This document shows, piece after piece, positions 26,545-35,464 of a stretch of DNA of 64,000 nucleotides. Both the position numbers and the translations under genes were made by a program. A model generated the notes under the pieces. That model did no database searches, was not told the DNA's origin, and worked only from the letters and a program-made list of their open reading frames with translations. The DNA is from an uncultured Bacteroidales bacterium. GTDB lineage: Bacteria > Bacteroidota > Bacteroidia > Bacteroidales > JAEINX01. Each line of letters opens with the position of its first letter. Positions within the stretch are counted from its first letter, which is position 1. The stretch is from NCBI GenBank assembly GCA_964462015.1, contig CAYWXI010000010.1:19819-83818 (forward strand), read 5' to 3'.

Positions 26545-28582
26545 ATTGCTCCTTTATTTTAGAAAAAACATTTTTCCATCGCTCCAAATGTCTGTAATCA
26601 TTAGGCTTAAATACCATAGATAATTTCTTGTAATTATCTATCGACTGATTAACTCTACCAATAAAATATTCAATTCTTTCCACAGAATCTAAACTTAATA
26701 TTTCATCAATTTCTTTATGAATTAATTCTAAGTAATGAAGTTTTGTACTTCTTGATGGTTTAATCAAATCAGGAACAGGTTTTCCAGTACAATAACGACA
26801 ATTACAATCACCTAATACATTTACAATCTGTTGTAATCTAATAGGGTCTTTTCTTGTTATGGAAATTGTTCCTAATAATTCTGGAAAATAATATCGTTCG
26901 TACATATTGAATGCGTCTGAAGCTTCTTTATAAAGGTCTTCATAGAAACTCTCAAATCTAGCAGCACCTGATGTAAATCCAGTAATACCAGCACAAATTA
27001 GACCCAAACCTAAAGTATCTAAACGACCAGCTATTACAGGTTTTTGAGTATATTTCTGTAATTCGGCTAATGTTGTAATATAATGATAAAGTGTTGCTTC
27101 TGTTGTGTCTTTATTAATACCATCAGCATAAATAACAAAACCATCACAACCAATTGCAGCATATGTATTTAGCAATTCTGATTTATATTGAGAATCTGTT
27201 AATCCTAAAGCATTTATACAAATTCCTGCAAACAGAGGTTTATCTTGCAAACTCTCATTGTTATTCCTGTAATCCAAAGATTCTTTTAAAAGTTTAATAT
27301 CTAAATCAAACCACTCCTCTACAGGATTTCGCTTTGCCGTTGGTAATATATTAGTGTTATGTGAATAATGATAGGGAGAAGTCAATATATCCGCTTGAAG
27401 CTTTACTTGTTCGTCTATAACTAATTTTACGTACTGTCTCTGCTTTTTGTGTGAAGATAGATAAGCAGGATTAATAACTGAATAATCTTGAGGGCAATAT
27501 GTGAGTTGCAGAAGACCTTTTACATCTGAATAAGTATCATAAGCCAATCTAATAGTTGCAGGGTCAAACAAAGTTGTATACTCGTTTTTTTGAACAAGCT
27601 CTAATAATCCCTTTTGCCTAAATTGATGATTGACTGGATAGTTAATATGTAAATGTTTATTCGGGTTATCCTTTTTGAATTGCTTTAGTACTGATAAGTC
27701 ATCGTATGTTCTTAAAATAAATCTTGGTGTTAAATCTGATTGAATTTGTCTTGATGATACACTTGCCTGATAAAATTCCAATATTAATTCTTCAATATCA
27801 ACATATCTTTTATATGGTTGTTTTTCAAGAAGCTTTAATACAATATTTTCATGATGATTTGAAATTGACCTATCCCATTTCCGAGGAGGTGTTGGCGGTT
27901 CATTATTTATTTTATCAATAAACTCAGGTACTAATCTGGCACTATATGGAAGACGACCAGTTAGAATTTCATAAAAAATCATTCCAAGTGAATACAAATC
28001 ACTTCTATAATCTATATGCTTACTATCTGTAATTTGTTCAGGCGACATATAAGCAAATGTACCCAGTATGTTGCCAGTACTCGTAATGCTTGTGTAATCA
28101 AGCAATTTAGATAATCCAAAATCTAAAACTTTGATACCACCATTTGACTGAATTATGATATTTTCAGGTTTTAAATCTCTGTGAAGAATATTTGAACTAT
28201 GTAATGCTTTTAAACCTTCCGAAATATTTAAAAATAGCTTCTCCTTTTCAGAGATATTTTCAGATTGTATTAGTTTTCTTAGAGTTTGTCCTTCAATGTA
28301 CTCCATTACTAGAAAAACATGTTGGATATTAAGAACCTCAAGAAAAAAATGTTCAATATAATCAACAAGAAAAGGATGATTGACATTTTGCATTACTTCA
28401 ATCTCACGAGTAATCCGATTATCCTTACCTTTTTTATACTCAGCCAAAATATAAGCTTCTCTAAAAATTTTTATTGCAAACTTTTCTCCTGATTTTTCTG
28501 TAAGATATACCGAACCAAACCCGCCTTCTCCAATAAAATCAAGGAACTTATATCCATTTATATTTTGTCCGATTAGTTCCAT
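26537..28582 (-). CDS. Hanks-type Ser/Thr protein kinase fused to a ~400-aa uncharacterised C-terminal domain with a CxCxxC...H cluster
   Basis: Residue numbers follow the ORF track (TTG start at 28603); the ATG at 28582 is the likelier start. G-loop 'GEGGFGSV', 'FAIK' K45, 'HRDLKPEN' D143, 'DFG' D161, 'YMSPE'. C-terminal 'CNCRYC' at C600/C602/C605, then H623/H629. Confidence 0.9.
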   Translation of the reverse strand: MELIGQNINGYKFLDFIGEGGFGSVYLTEKSGEKFAIKIFREAYILAEYKKGKDNRITREIEVMQNVNHPFLVDYIEHFFLEVLNIQHVFLVMEYIEGQTLRKLIQSENISEKEKLFLNISEGLKALHSSNILHRDLKPENIIIQSNGGIKVLDFGLSKLLDYTSITSTGNILGTFAYMSPEQITDSKHIDYRSDLYSLGMIFYEILTGRLPYSARLVPEFIDKINNEPPTPPRKWDRSISNHHENIVLKLLEKQPYKRYVDIEELILEFYQASVSSRQIQSDLTPRFILRTYDDLSVLKQFKKDNPNKHLHINYPVNHQFRQKGLLELVQKNEYTTLFDPATIRLAYDTYSDVKGLLQLTYCPQDYSVINPAYLSSHKKQRQYVKLVIDEQVKLQADILTSPYHYSHNTNILPTAKRNPVEEWFDLDIKLLKESLDYRNNNESLQDKPLFAGICINALGLTDSQYKSELLNTYAAIGCDGFVIYADGINKDTTEATLYHYITTLAELQKYTQKPVIAGRLDTLGLGLICAGITGFTSGAARFESFYEDLYKEASDAFNMYERYYFPELLGTISITRKDPIRLQQIVNVLGDCNCRYCTGKPVPDLIKPSRSTKLHYLELIHKEIDEILSLDSVERIEYFIGRVNQSIDNYKKLSMVFKPNDYRHLERWKNVFSKIKEQYV

Positions 28583-28607
28583 GCTAGATATTTTTATGAA
28601 CAAATAA

Positions 28608-28615
28608 CAAATTTA
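28608..28615 (-). promoter_or_regulatory. candidate -7 box (TAAATTTG) for the kinase operon
   Basis: Plus strand reads CAAATTTA, 26 nt upstream of the ATG at 28582. Confidence 0.4.
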
Positions 28616-28711
28616 ATAATAATTTTTTAATTGCTCAATTTCTTCTTGCTTCAAAATACTACTGTCTTTTTTTTTAGGTTTTTTCAATCTATTAGTTTTG
28701 TAATTTCAATA

Positions 28712-28719
28712 CAAAAGTA
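28712..28719 (-). promoter_or_regulatory. second candidate -7 box (TACTTTTG) upstream of the kinase operon
   Basis: Plus strand reads CAAAAGTA, about 130 nt upstream of the ATG at 28582. Confidence 0.3.
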
Positions 28720-28815
28720 AATTTTATTTCTTTTAAACTGCCTTGCTATTTTACAATCTTTTACACATGTGTCAAACAATCATAGTAATACATCTATGAA
28801 TAATAAATGTACTTC

Positions 28816-31167
28816 CTACTCATATTTAATAGCATCCACCGGTTTTTTAACAGCTGACCTAATTGATTGATAACTTACTGTCATTAATGCGATAACAAGT
28901 GATATTAGTAAAGAATAAATAAAAACATCCGGTCTAAGGTCAGTATGATAAGTATAGGAATCCAGCCAGTCGCGCATTGCAAACCAGGCTACCGGCCAGG
29001 CAATTATATTGGAGATAATAACCCATTTCAAGAATTCCCGTGAAGTAAGTGAAACAATGCCCGAAACTGACGCTCCCAGGACTTTTCTAATACCGATTTC
29101 TTTTGTTCTTTGTTCTGCCATATAAGCTGCAAGCGCAAATAAACCGAGACAGGAAATAAAAATTGCCAGGATAGCAAAGTAACTAATAATTTTTATCAGG
29201 GTTGCCTCATCAGTATAGGCCCGGTTATAAATATCTTTTAAATAATTGGGTTCAAAAGGATAACCCGGAAAAACTTTTTCCCATTCAGTTTTTACCTGTT
29301 CATTAATTGTTTCTCTGTCAGTTGAGCTGGTTTTAACTAGTACACGCCTACATCTTTCCGGATTATAAATTAATACTAAGGGATCAATTTCATATTGCAT
29401 CGGTAAATGATGAAAATCTTCTACAAGCCCTATTATTCTATATTTGGTTTCATCTCCCCACTTTATCCATTTGCCCACCGGATTCTGCATATTAAAAGCT
29501 TTTGCTGCTTTTTCATTAATTACAAAAGTAGCTGTATCAGATTGTATGTCTTTAGAATAATAACGACCGGACAATAGTTTCATGCCCATAGTTTTAGTAT
29601 AATCAACATCGGTGTTTCCCATTCCTACCAGAATATCCTCATCCGTATCCTTGCCTTCCCATTCAATTCCACCGCTATTACTTCCAATATAAAATGGAAT
29701 AGAATTTGCCCTGGTAACACTTAGAATGTTCGGGTTATTAAGCAATTCTGTTTTAAAAACTTCATATTTTTCCATAGATTCGCCACGCATCGATAAATAC
29801 ATTACATTATCCAGATCCATTCCGAGTTTATTATTTTGCAGGTATGATAATTGCCTTATTACCACCAAAGTACAAATTATCAAACCTACCGATAATGTAA
29901 ACTGAAATACTACAAGAATTCTTCTGAAATAAAAATTGCCTTTTCCCTTTGTTACCCCTCCTTTCATTGCTTTTATCGGATTAAATGAAGACAAATAAAA
30001 AGCCGGGTAACTTCCTGCAAGTAATCCTACAAGAACTGTAATCCCGATAATTGCAAACCAGAAATGAATGTTTGCAAGATCAAACTGCATTTCCTTTTCA
30101 AGCAATTGATTAAAAGAAGGCAGCAACAAATAAACGAGTCCAATAGCCAATATCATTGCAATAAATGAAATAAACATTGATTCGCTAAGAAATTGATTTA
30201 TAAGATTTCCACGATGAGCTCCAACAGTTTTTCTGATTGAAATCTCGCGTGCACGCTTTGCCGACCTGGCAGTTGCAAGATTCATGAAATTAATACAGGC
30301 AATGAGCAAAATAAAAATTGCAATTGCCGAGAAAATATAAATGTATTGAATATCACCGCGTGCTCCCCGCACCGAATGCAAATGAATTTTTTTCAATGGA
30401 AACAAAAACAAATCAATGTCGCTATCATCTTCCGGATCATCTTTTTTTTCAATAATATAATTCTTGATTTTATTATTTAATTGTTTATAATCAATGCCAT
30501 CGACCAATTCAACATACACAAAAAATGAATTCCATCCATATCTATCCAAATTCCATCCTAAATTATTTAAAAACTCAAAAGGAATACACAAATCAAAACG
30601 GAAAGAAGAATTTTCAGGTGTCTCTTTAATTATTCCTGTAACCTTAAAACTGTGTTCGTTATTATATTTAATTATTTTACCCATTGGGTCTTCGTCCTCA
30701 AATAATTTCGTAGCCATTTTATCAGATAAAACAACCGAATTAATATCATCGAAAACATGATTGGGATCACCTCGCAGAAACTCAAAATCGAACATTTCGA
30801 AAAGTTGGGGGTCTGATAAACGAACATCCTCGGTGTAAAGTTTATCATTATAAGAAATAGTTGCCCCTAATTCATAATACATAAAAGAGTTTTTTATTTC
30901 CGGAATATCATTTCTGATATCTTTGGCAATTGGCCCCGGCATACAAACAGTTGTTAATGGACCTGATGTATAATGTTGAGTTTGAACAAGACGATATAAA
31001 TTATCGACTTTTTGATTGAATTTATCATAACTAAGCTCATTAGTAACCCAAATATATATCAGAATAGCAATTGCCATACCTATTGTAAGACCTAAAATAT
31101 TAATAATTGAGAAACCTTTTTGTCGTATAAGGTTTCTGATCATGGAGATTAGATAATTTCTGAACAT
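28816..31167 (-). CDS. FtsX/MacB-type ABC transporter permease (duplicated FtsX domains)
   Basis: 783 aa. N-terminal TM helix, large periplasmic domain, then 4-TM FtsX-like blocks twice. No adjacent ATPase gene. Confidence 0.8.
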   Translation of the reverse strand: MFRNYLISMIRNLIRQKGFSIINILGLTIGMAIAILIYIWVTNELSYDKFNQKVDNLYRLVQTQHYTSGPLTTVCMPGPIAKDIRNDIPEIKNSFMYYELGATISYNDKLYTEDVRLSDPQLFEMFDFEFLRGDPNHVFDDINSVVLSDKMATKLFEDEDPMGKIIKYNNEHSFKVTGIIKETPENSSFRFDLCIPFEFLNNLGWNLDRYGWNSFFVYVELVDGIDYKQLNNKIKNYIIEKKDDPEDDSDIDLFLFPLKKIHLHSVRGARGDIQYIYIFSAIAIFILLIACINFMNLATARSAKRAREISIRKTVGAHRGNLINQFLSESMFISFIAMILAIGLVYLLLPSFNQLLEKEMQFDLANIHFWFAIIGITVLVGLLAGSYPAFYLSSFNPIKAMKGGVTKGKGNFYFRRILVVFQFTLSVGLIICTLVVIRQLSYLQNNKLGMDLDNVMYLSMRGESMEKYEVFKTELLNNPNILSVTRANSIPFYIGSNSGGIEWEGKDTDEDILVGMGNTDVDYTKTMGMKLLSGRYYSKDIQSDTATFVINEKAAKAFNMQNPVGKWIKWGDETKYRIIGLVEDFHHLPMQYEIDPLVLIYNPERCRRVLVKTSSTDRETINEQVKTEWEKVFPGYPFEPNYLKDIYNRAYTDEATLIKIISYFAILAIFISCLGLFALAAYMAEQRTKEIGIRKVLGASVSGIVSLTSREFLKWVIISNIIAWPVAWFAMRDWLDSYTYHTDLRPDVFIYSLLISLVIALMTVSYQSIRSAVKKPVDAIKYE

Positions 31168-31362
31168 TGTATAAATTTTTATTTATAAAATAAGACTGTT
31201 GACTTTGATTAATGTTACAGAACATTTGTCTTTAAATATCAATTGTATGGAAGTCAAAATAATAAACGCTTAGAAAACCCAAAGGATATTAACTTGTAGA
31301 GAGATTACAACTTCAGGTGTTTTATCAGTTCTAAACATAAGGCACTTATTTATGGCAAGAAA

Positions 31363-32535
31363 CTACTGATGTGTTGCTTTTCGAATTAACATTACACTTC
31401 CTTTATTCAACACATTATTATCTTTTTCGGAAGAAAGAACTATCCAGACATAAACCCCTTCAGGACAGGGTTCTGATTTATACGTTCCGTCCCAGCCTTC
31501 TTCAATATCGTTAGTTTCAAAAATCATTTGCCCCCAACGATTATAAATTTTCATTTTAAATTGTCCTTCCGGTAAATTTTCGGCAATCAATCGGAATTTA
31601 TCATTTAAACCATCATTATTGGGTGAAAAAGCATTAGGAGTCGGGATTACTTTTATTGTAAATTTTTCTTCAAAAACCTGATTGCCACAAAGTGACGCAA
31701 CTGCGGTGTAAACAGTATTTTCGTTAGGAGAAACAGTAATACTGTTTCCGGTTCCAATTTCATAACTGCTTCTTTCTTCAAACCATAAGATTTCCTTTGC
31801 CAGAATTTCTGGAGAAAATGCTATAGAGTCAATTTCATAAGTTCCATCAGGCTGAGGAACATATCTGTAGCTTTCCGATTCAGCTATCCAGGAAGTTGAA
31901 TTTCTTTCATCAACCGCAAAACCAATTGTTCCCGTTGAATTTTGAATTCCCTGAGTTGCTTCATTTTTAAACAAGCTAGGACAAGATGGTTTTTTAATTA
32001 AATGATTTTCGATTGAATAATCTTCTTTCAATACAATTTGAAAACTACCGAGTGAATCGTAACAATCGAAAAGAGAAATATCGCACCAACTGATGATAAG
32101 TTTTCTGTTTGGAGAATCGCCAATACTTTTATAGAAAATATAGGAAGCATCATTATAAGAAGGATCCCAATCTTGGAAAGGGCCTAAAATACAATTTTGG
32201 GGAATACTTATTTCAGCATTGGGAATAGAAAAAGGCTGACGACGACCACCTCCCAAATCATCCTCACCAAAAGCAATATATCCGTTAGCACCGATATAAA
32301 ATTCAGAATAATTTTCTTTGAAATATACAAAATCAAAACCAATTTCAAAAGGGCCAACCACATTGTCGTCTTTAACCTCAACAGGAACTCCTCTATCCTG
32401 AATACTTGTTGTAAGAACCACAGAAAAGCCAGCATTAATTACAATCTCATTATTAATGATCTGACTTTTAGATACCATTGCTGATAAAAAAAAGAATAAA
32501 AAAATAATTATTTTATTTCTTCCGTTCATTTTCAC
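31363..32535 (-). CDS. secreted protein with gliding-motility-associated (T9SS type-B, CHU_C-like) C-terminal domain
   Basis: Signal peptide. C-terminal 'PNAFSPNNDGLNDKFRL...GWDGTYKSEPCPEGVYVWIV'. Confidence 0.7.
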   Translation of the reverse strand: MKMNGRNKIIIFLFFFLSAMVSKSQIINNEIVINAGFSVVLTTSIQDRGVPVEVKDDNVVGPFEIGFDFVYFKENYSEFYIGANGYIAFGEDDLGGGRRQPFSIPNAEISIPQNCILGPFQDWDPSYNDASYIFYKSIGDSPNRKLIISWCDISLFDCYDSLGSFQIVLKEDYSIENHLIKKPSCPSLFKNEATQGIQNSTGTIGFAVDERNSTSWIAESESYRYVPQPDGTYEIDSIAFSPEILAKEILWFEERSSYEIGTGNSITVSPNENTVYTAVASLCGNQVFEEKFTIKVIPTPNAFSPNNDGLNDKFRLIAENLPEGQFKMKIYNRWGQMIFETNDIEEGWDGTYKSEPCPEGVYVWIVLSSEKDNNVLNKGSVMLIRKATHQ

Positions 32536-32644
32536 AGGTTTGGATTAAAACGAAAAATAATGCAGTAAATTTTATGTTAGAAATGAAACATTGTGGGTAA
32601 CAAAATTCGATATAGCACAAATAGTTTTCACGGATGTAAATCTA

Positions 32645-33880
32645 TTACCATTCAATACTTAAAAACTCCCTCAAATGTAAATGTTTGATCCCATGATACG
32701 TATTTCCCTGAAATTCATCCATCGAAACCACGAATTTCGGGTAATTGTCCTTTATTTTTAAAAGATTTCCGTATTCTCTTTGGATGGTATTTTCATTAGT
32801 AATTAAATAAGCCACCTGTACATACATTGTTTCATTTTGTTTTTGGCAAACAAAGTCAATTTCATTTTCGTCCAATATTCCAATACTTACCTGAAAACCA
32901 TTTATCATAAGATGCAAAAAAACGGCATTTTCAATCAGTTTACCAATATCGGCAGGTTTATTTTTTGCAATAGAGTTTCGTAAGCCCCAGTCTTCAAAAT
33001 AATATTTTTCATTGGTTTCAAAGATTTTTTTTCCTTGAATATCCTGCCTGAGAACTTTATAAATCAGCATAGCCTCTGTTACGTAAGTCAGGTAATTCAG
33101 TACAATTTGTGTTGACATATTTACCCTTTGCGATTTTAAGTATTTGCTAATTTTGTTAGCTGAAACCAAACTCCCGATATTATCGGCAAGAAACCTGACC
33201 AGTCCCTCCAGAAAGTTAACATTCCGTATATTATGCCTTCTTACTACATCTTTAAACAATACGGTTGCATAAACATTTTTCAGATATTCATAAACAACTG
33301 TTTCATTAAGATCAAGATGTTTCAGATATGGCAATCCACCATAGGTCATATACTTTTTCAGTGACTCATTGTTGTTTTCTAATTGATGAAATTGTAGAAA
33401 CTCTGGAAACGTTAAGCTGAAAATTTTTATTTCGATATACCTTCCGCTTAAATGCCCGGCAATATCGCCCGAAAGAAGTTGTGAGTTGCTCCCTGTACAA
33501 TAAATATCATACTTCCCGGAGGCAAGTAAACTTCTCAACGATTTCTCAAAATTCAAAATATCCTGAACCTCATCAATGAATAAATAATTTTTACCAGGCA
33601 AAGTTAGAGTTTCAATAAACTTATTCAAATCGTTATTATCAGTAATAAAGTCGAAATCGGAAAGTTCTTTGTTGATATAAATGAAATTGCTTTTAGCGTT
33701 ATTTTCGGCGATGTAATCCATTAGCTGGTACATAATGTAGCTTTTACCTACTCTTCGTTGCCCAATAAATACTTTTATGATCTCTTTATCAATAAAAGGT
33801 AATATCTTTTTAAAATATGTTTCACGCGGAATATACTCTTTGATATATTCACTATAATGATATTTCTTTATGTCATTCAT
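32645..33880 (-). CDS. AAA+ ATPase of the COG1373 type with DUF4143-like C-terminal domain
   Basis: Walker A 'GQRRVGKS', Walker B 'LFIDEVQ'. C-terminal 'EIDFVCQK...YVQVAY' block. Confidence 0.8.
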   Translation of the reverse strand: MNDIKKYHYSEYIKEYIPRETYFKKILPFIDKEIIKVFIGQRRVGKSYIMYQLMDYIAENNAKSNFIYINKELSDFDFITDNNDLNKFIETLTLPGKNYLFIDEVQDILNFEKSLRSLLASGKYDIYCTGSNSQLLSGDIAGHLSGRYIEIKIFSLTFPEFLQFHQLENNNESLKKYMTYGGLPYLKHLDLNETVVYEYLKNVYATVLFKDVVRRHNIRNVNFLEGLVRFLADNIGSLVSANKISKYLKSQRVNMSTQIVLNYLTYVTEAMLIYKVLRQDIQGKKIFETNEKYYFEDWGLRNSIAKNKPADIGKLIENAVFLHLMINGFQVSIGILDENEIDFVCQKQNETMYVQVAYLITNENTIQREYGNLLKIKDNYPKFVVSMDEFQGNTYHGIKHLHLREFLSIEW

Positions 33881-33895
33881 AAATGATATTTTTCA

Positions 33896-33903
33896 CAAAA
33901 ATA
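33896..33903 (-). promoter_or_regulatory. candidate -7 box (TATTTTTG) for the ATPase gene
   Basis: Plus strand reads CAAAAATA, 16 nt upstream of the ATG at 33880. Confidence 0.4.
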
Positions 33904-34165
33904 CAATTTATTTTAATCATACATTACAAAAATAACTTTTAATATAATTTTGTCATGTATAAATGACATTCATAAACCTAAAACGCCACTATTCTCACTT
34001 CGCTTTTCACTAAATTAACAGAGAAAAAGAATGTTGAAACCATAACATTCTTAAAATGAAGCAATGATTGAAATAATTCAAAAAAATGATAAGAAGATTT
34101 TTCGGCAGTATATTTATTTCCTACTTTTCCCCAACTTACTCAAAAGGCAAGCTGTTGACAATGGA

Positions 34166-35443
34166 TTATTTCCCAACAAGCAATTCAATCATTGTGTCTT
34201 CGGTAAAATATTTTTGTGCAAGATTTAATAAATTATCTGAAGTAATGTTTTTTATTGTCTCAATTAATTTTGAATAATATCCGAAATCTAAATTATATTC
34301 CAAAACGCTTCTATATTTTTCTGCCAAAGGAAAAGGCCCGTCAATACTCCGCATGAAAGATCCAAGCATATAATTTCTAACCAAATTCAGTTCATCCTCC
34401 GGAATTTTTTCGTTAGCAAGTTTTCGAAGTTCATTATAAATTTCATTTATGGCATCTTTTGATACACCTGCTCCAACTTCAGAAGTAATAAATAAGTATC
34501 CCGAATTATGTAGCGACACAAGTCCGGAACCAATTCCGTAAGTATAACCTTTGTCTTCGCGAATATTCATCATCAACCTCGACCCGAAATATCCACCCAA
34601 AACTGTATTCAGAACTGTTAAACCCATGAAATCGGGATGAGTTTTATTGAGTAATATTTTCCCGATTCTTATTGCCGATTGCATTGCATTTTCCTTGAAA
34701 ATAAAATTTTTACGGTCAATGCTTGCAGGTATTTCAATATTAACATTATCTGTTTTGAAATTTGTATCTGCTTTAAAACTTCCAAGATTCAAATTTAATA
34801 AACCGAAAATATCATCTTTAATTTTACCTGAAATTATAATTTTACAATTAGCCGCATTATAAAATCTTTTATGAAAATTTCTCAGGTCAATTGAACTCAA
34901 TTCATCAAAATCATTTAATTTAAAAATACGTCCATAAGGATTGTTCTTACCAAAAATCAATTGATTAAAATTTTGCATAGCCAAATATTTGACTTTTTCG
35001 ATATTAACCAGATACTCCTGTCTTTGTTTTTGAATAAAAACGTCAAATTCTTTTTCCGGGTAGTTTGGATTAAAACAAATATCAGCTAAAAGCTGTAAAA
35101 GTTTTTCAAGATGTTTGTTTAATGAATAAAGTGAAACGATCGTGAGGTCTTTTTGATTAATAGTTTCAATATAGGCCCCGTGATAATCAAGCATCTCAGC
35201 AATTTGAGATGAAGAATATTTCGATGAACCCTCCTTTAGCATCATATTTGTCGAGAAAGCAACCAGAGGCTTAAGTTGCCTGACCGAACCTGCTTCAAAA
35301 ATCAGATCAATTTTCACGACATCCTGAGTACCTGAATTTATCGAAAAAACAGGAATTCCATTATTCAAACAAAATTTTTCGGGTTCGTTAAATTTAATTT
35401 TTTCAATTTGCTTTATATCAGGTTGAATTTTTCTCATTTTCAT
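34166..35443 (-). CDS. M16-family peptidase-like protein lacking the HxxEH motif (non-catalytic partner)
   Basis: Insulinase-fold length and pattern. No HxxEH seen by eye. Directly downstream of the active M16 gene. Confidence 0.75.
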   Translation of the reverse strand: MKMRKIQPDIKQIEKIKFNEPEKFCLNNGIPVFSINSGTQDVVKIDLIFEAGSVRQLKPLVAFSTNMMLKEGSSKYSSSQIAEMLDYHGAYIETINQKDLTIVSLYSLNKHLEKLLQLLADICFNPNYPEKEFDVFIQKQRQEYLVNIEKVKYLAMQNFNQLIFGKNNPYGRIFKLNDFDELSSIDLRNFHKRFYNAANCKIIISGKIKDDIFGLLNLNLGSFKADTNFKTDNVNIEIPASIDRKNFIFKENAMQSAIRIGKILLNKTHPDFMGLTVLNTVLGGYFGSRLMMNIREDKGYTYGIGSGLVSLHNSGYLFITSEVGAGVSKDAINEIYNELRKLANEKIPEDELNLVRNYMLGSFMRSIDGPFPLAEKYRSVLEYNLDFGYYSKLIETIKNITSDNLLNLAQKYFTEDTMIELLVGK

Positions 35444-35464
35444 TTTTTTAATAAAATAATCGGG

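Noticed and set aside
25903-28603. Interpreting the kinase pair as a classical type II toxin-antitoxin module or as an integrated mobile element.
   Set aside because: The gene sizes (688 and 213 aa) and domain content do not fit small TA pairs. No integrase, transposase, tRNA-adjacent att site or flanking direct repeats were found. The tRNA-Leu gene is 25 kb away.
28763-28772. Perfect 10-bp palindrome ACACATGTGT downstream of the FtsX permease gene.
   Set aside because: It is too short to tell from chance. It has no adjacent T-run to support a terminator and no second copy in the window.
34086-34277. 63-aa plus-strand ORF at the 3' end of the M16-like gene. Similar ORFs occur at 35408-35620, 35617-35882 and 36431-36666.
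   Set aside because: They overlap the well-supported M16 genes on the opposite strand and have low-complexity composition.
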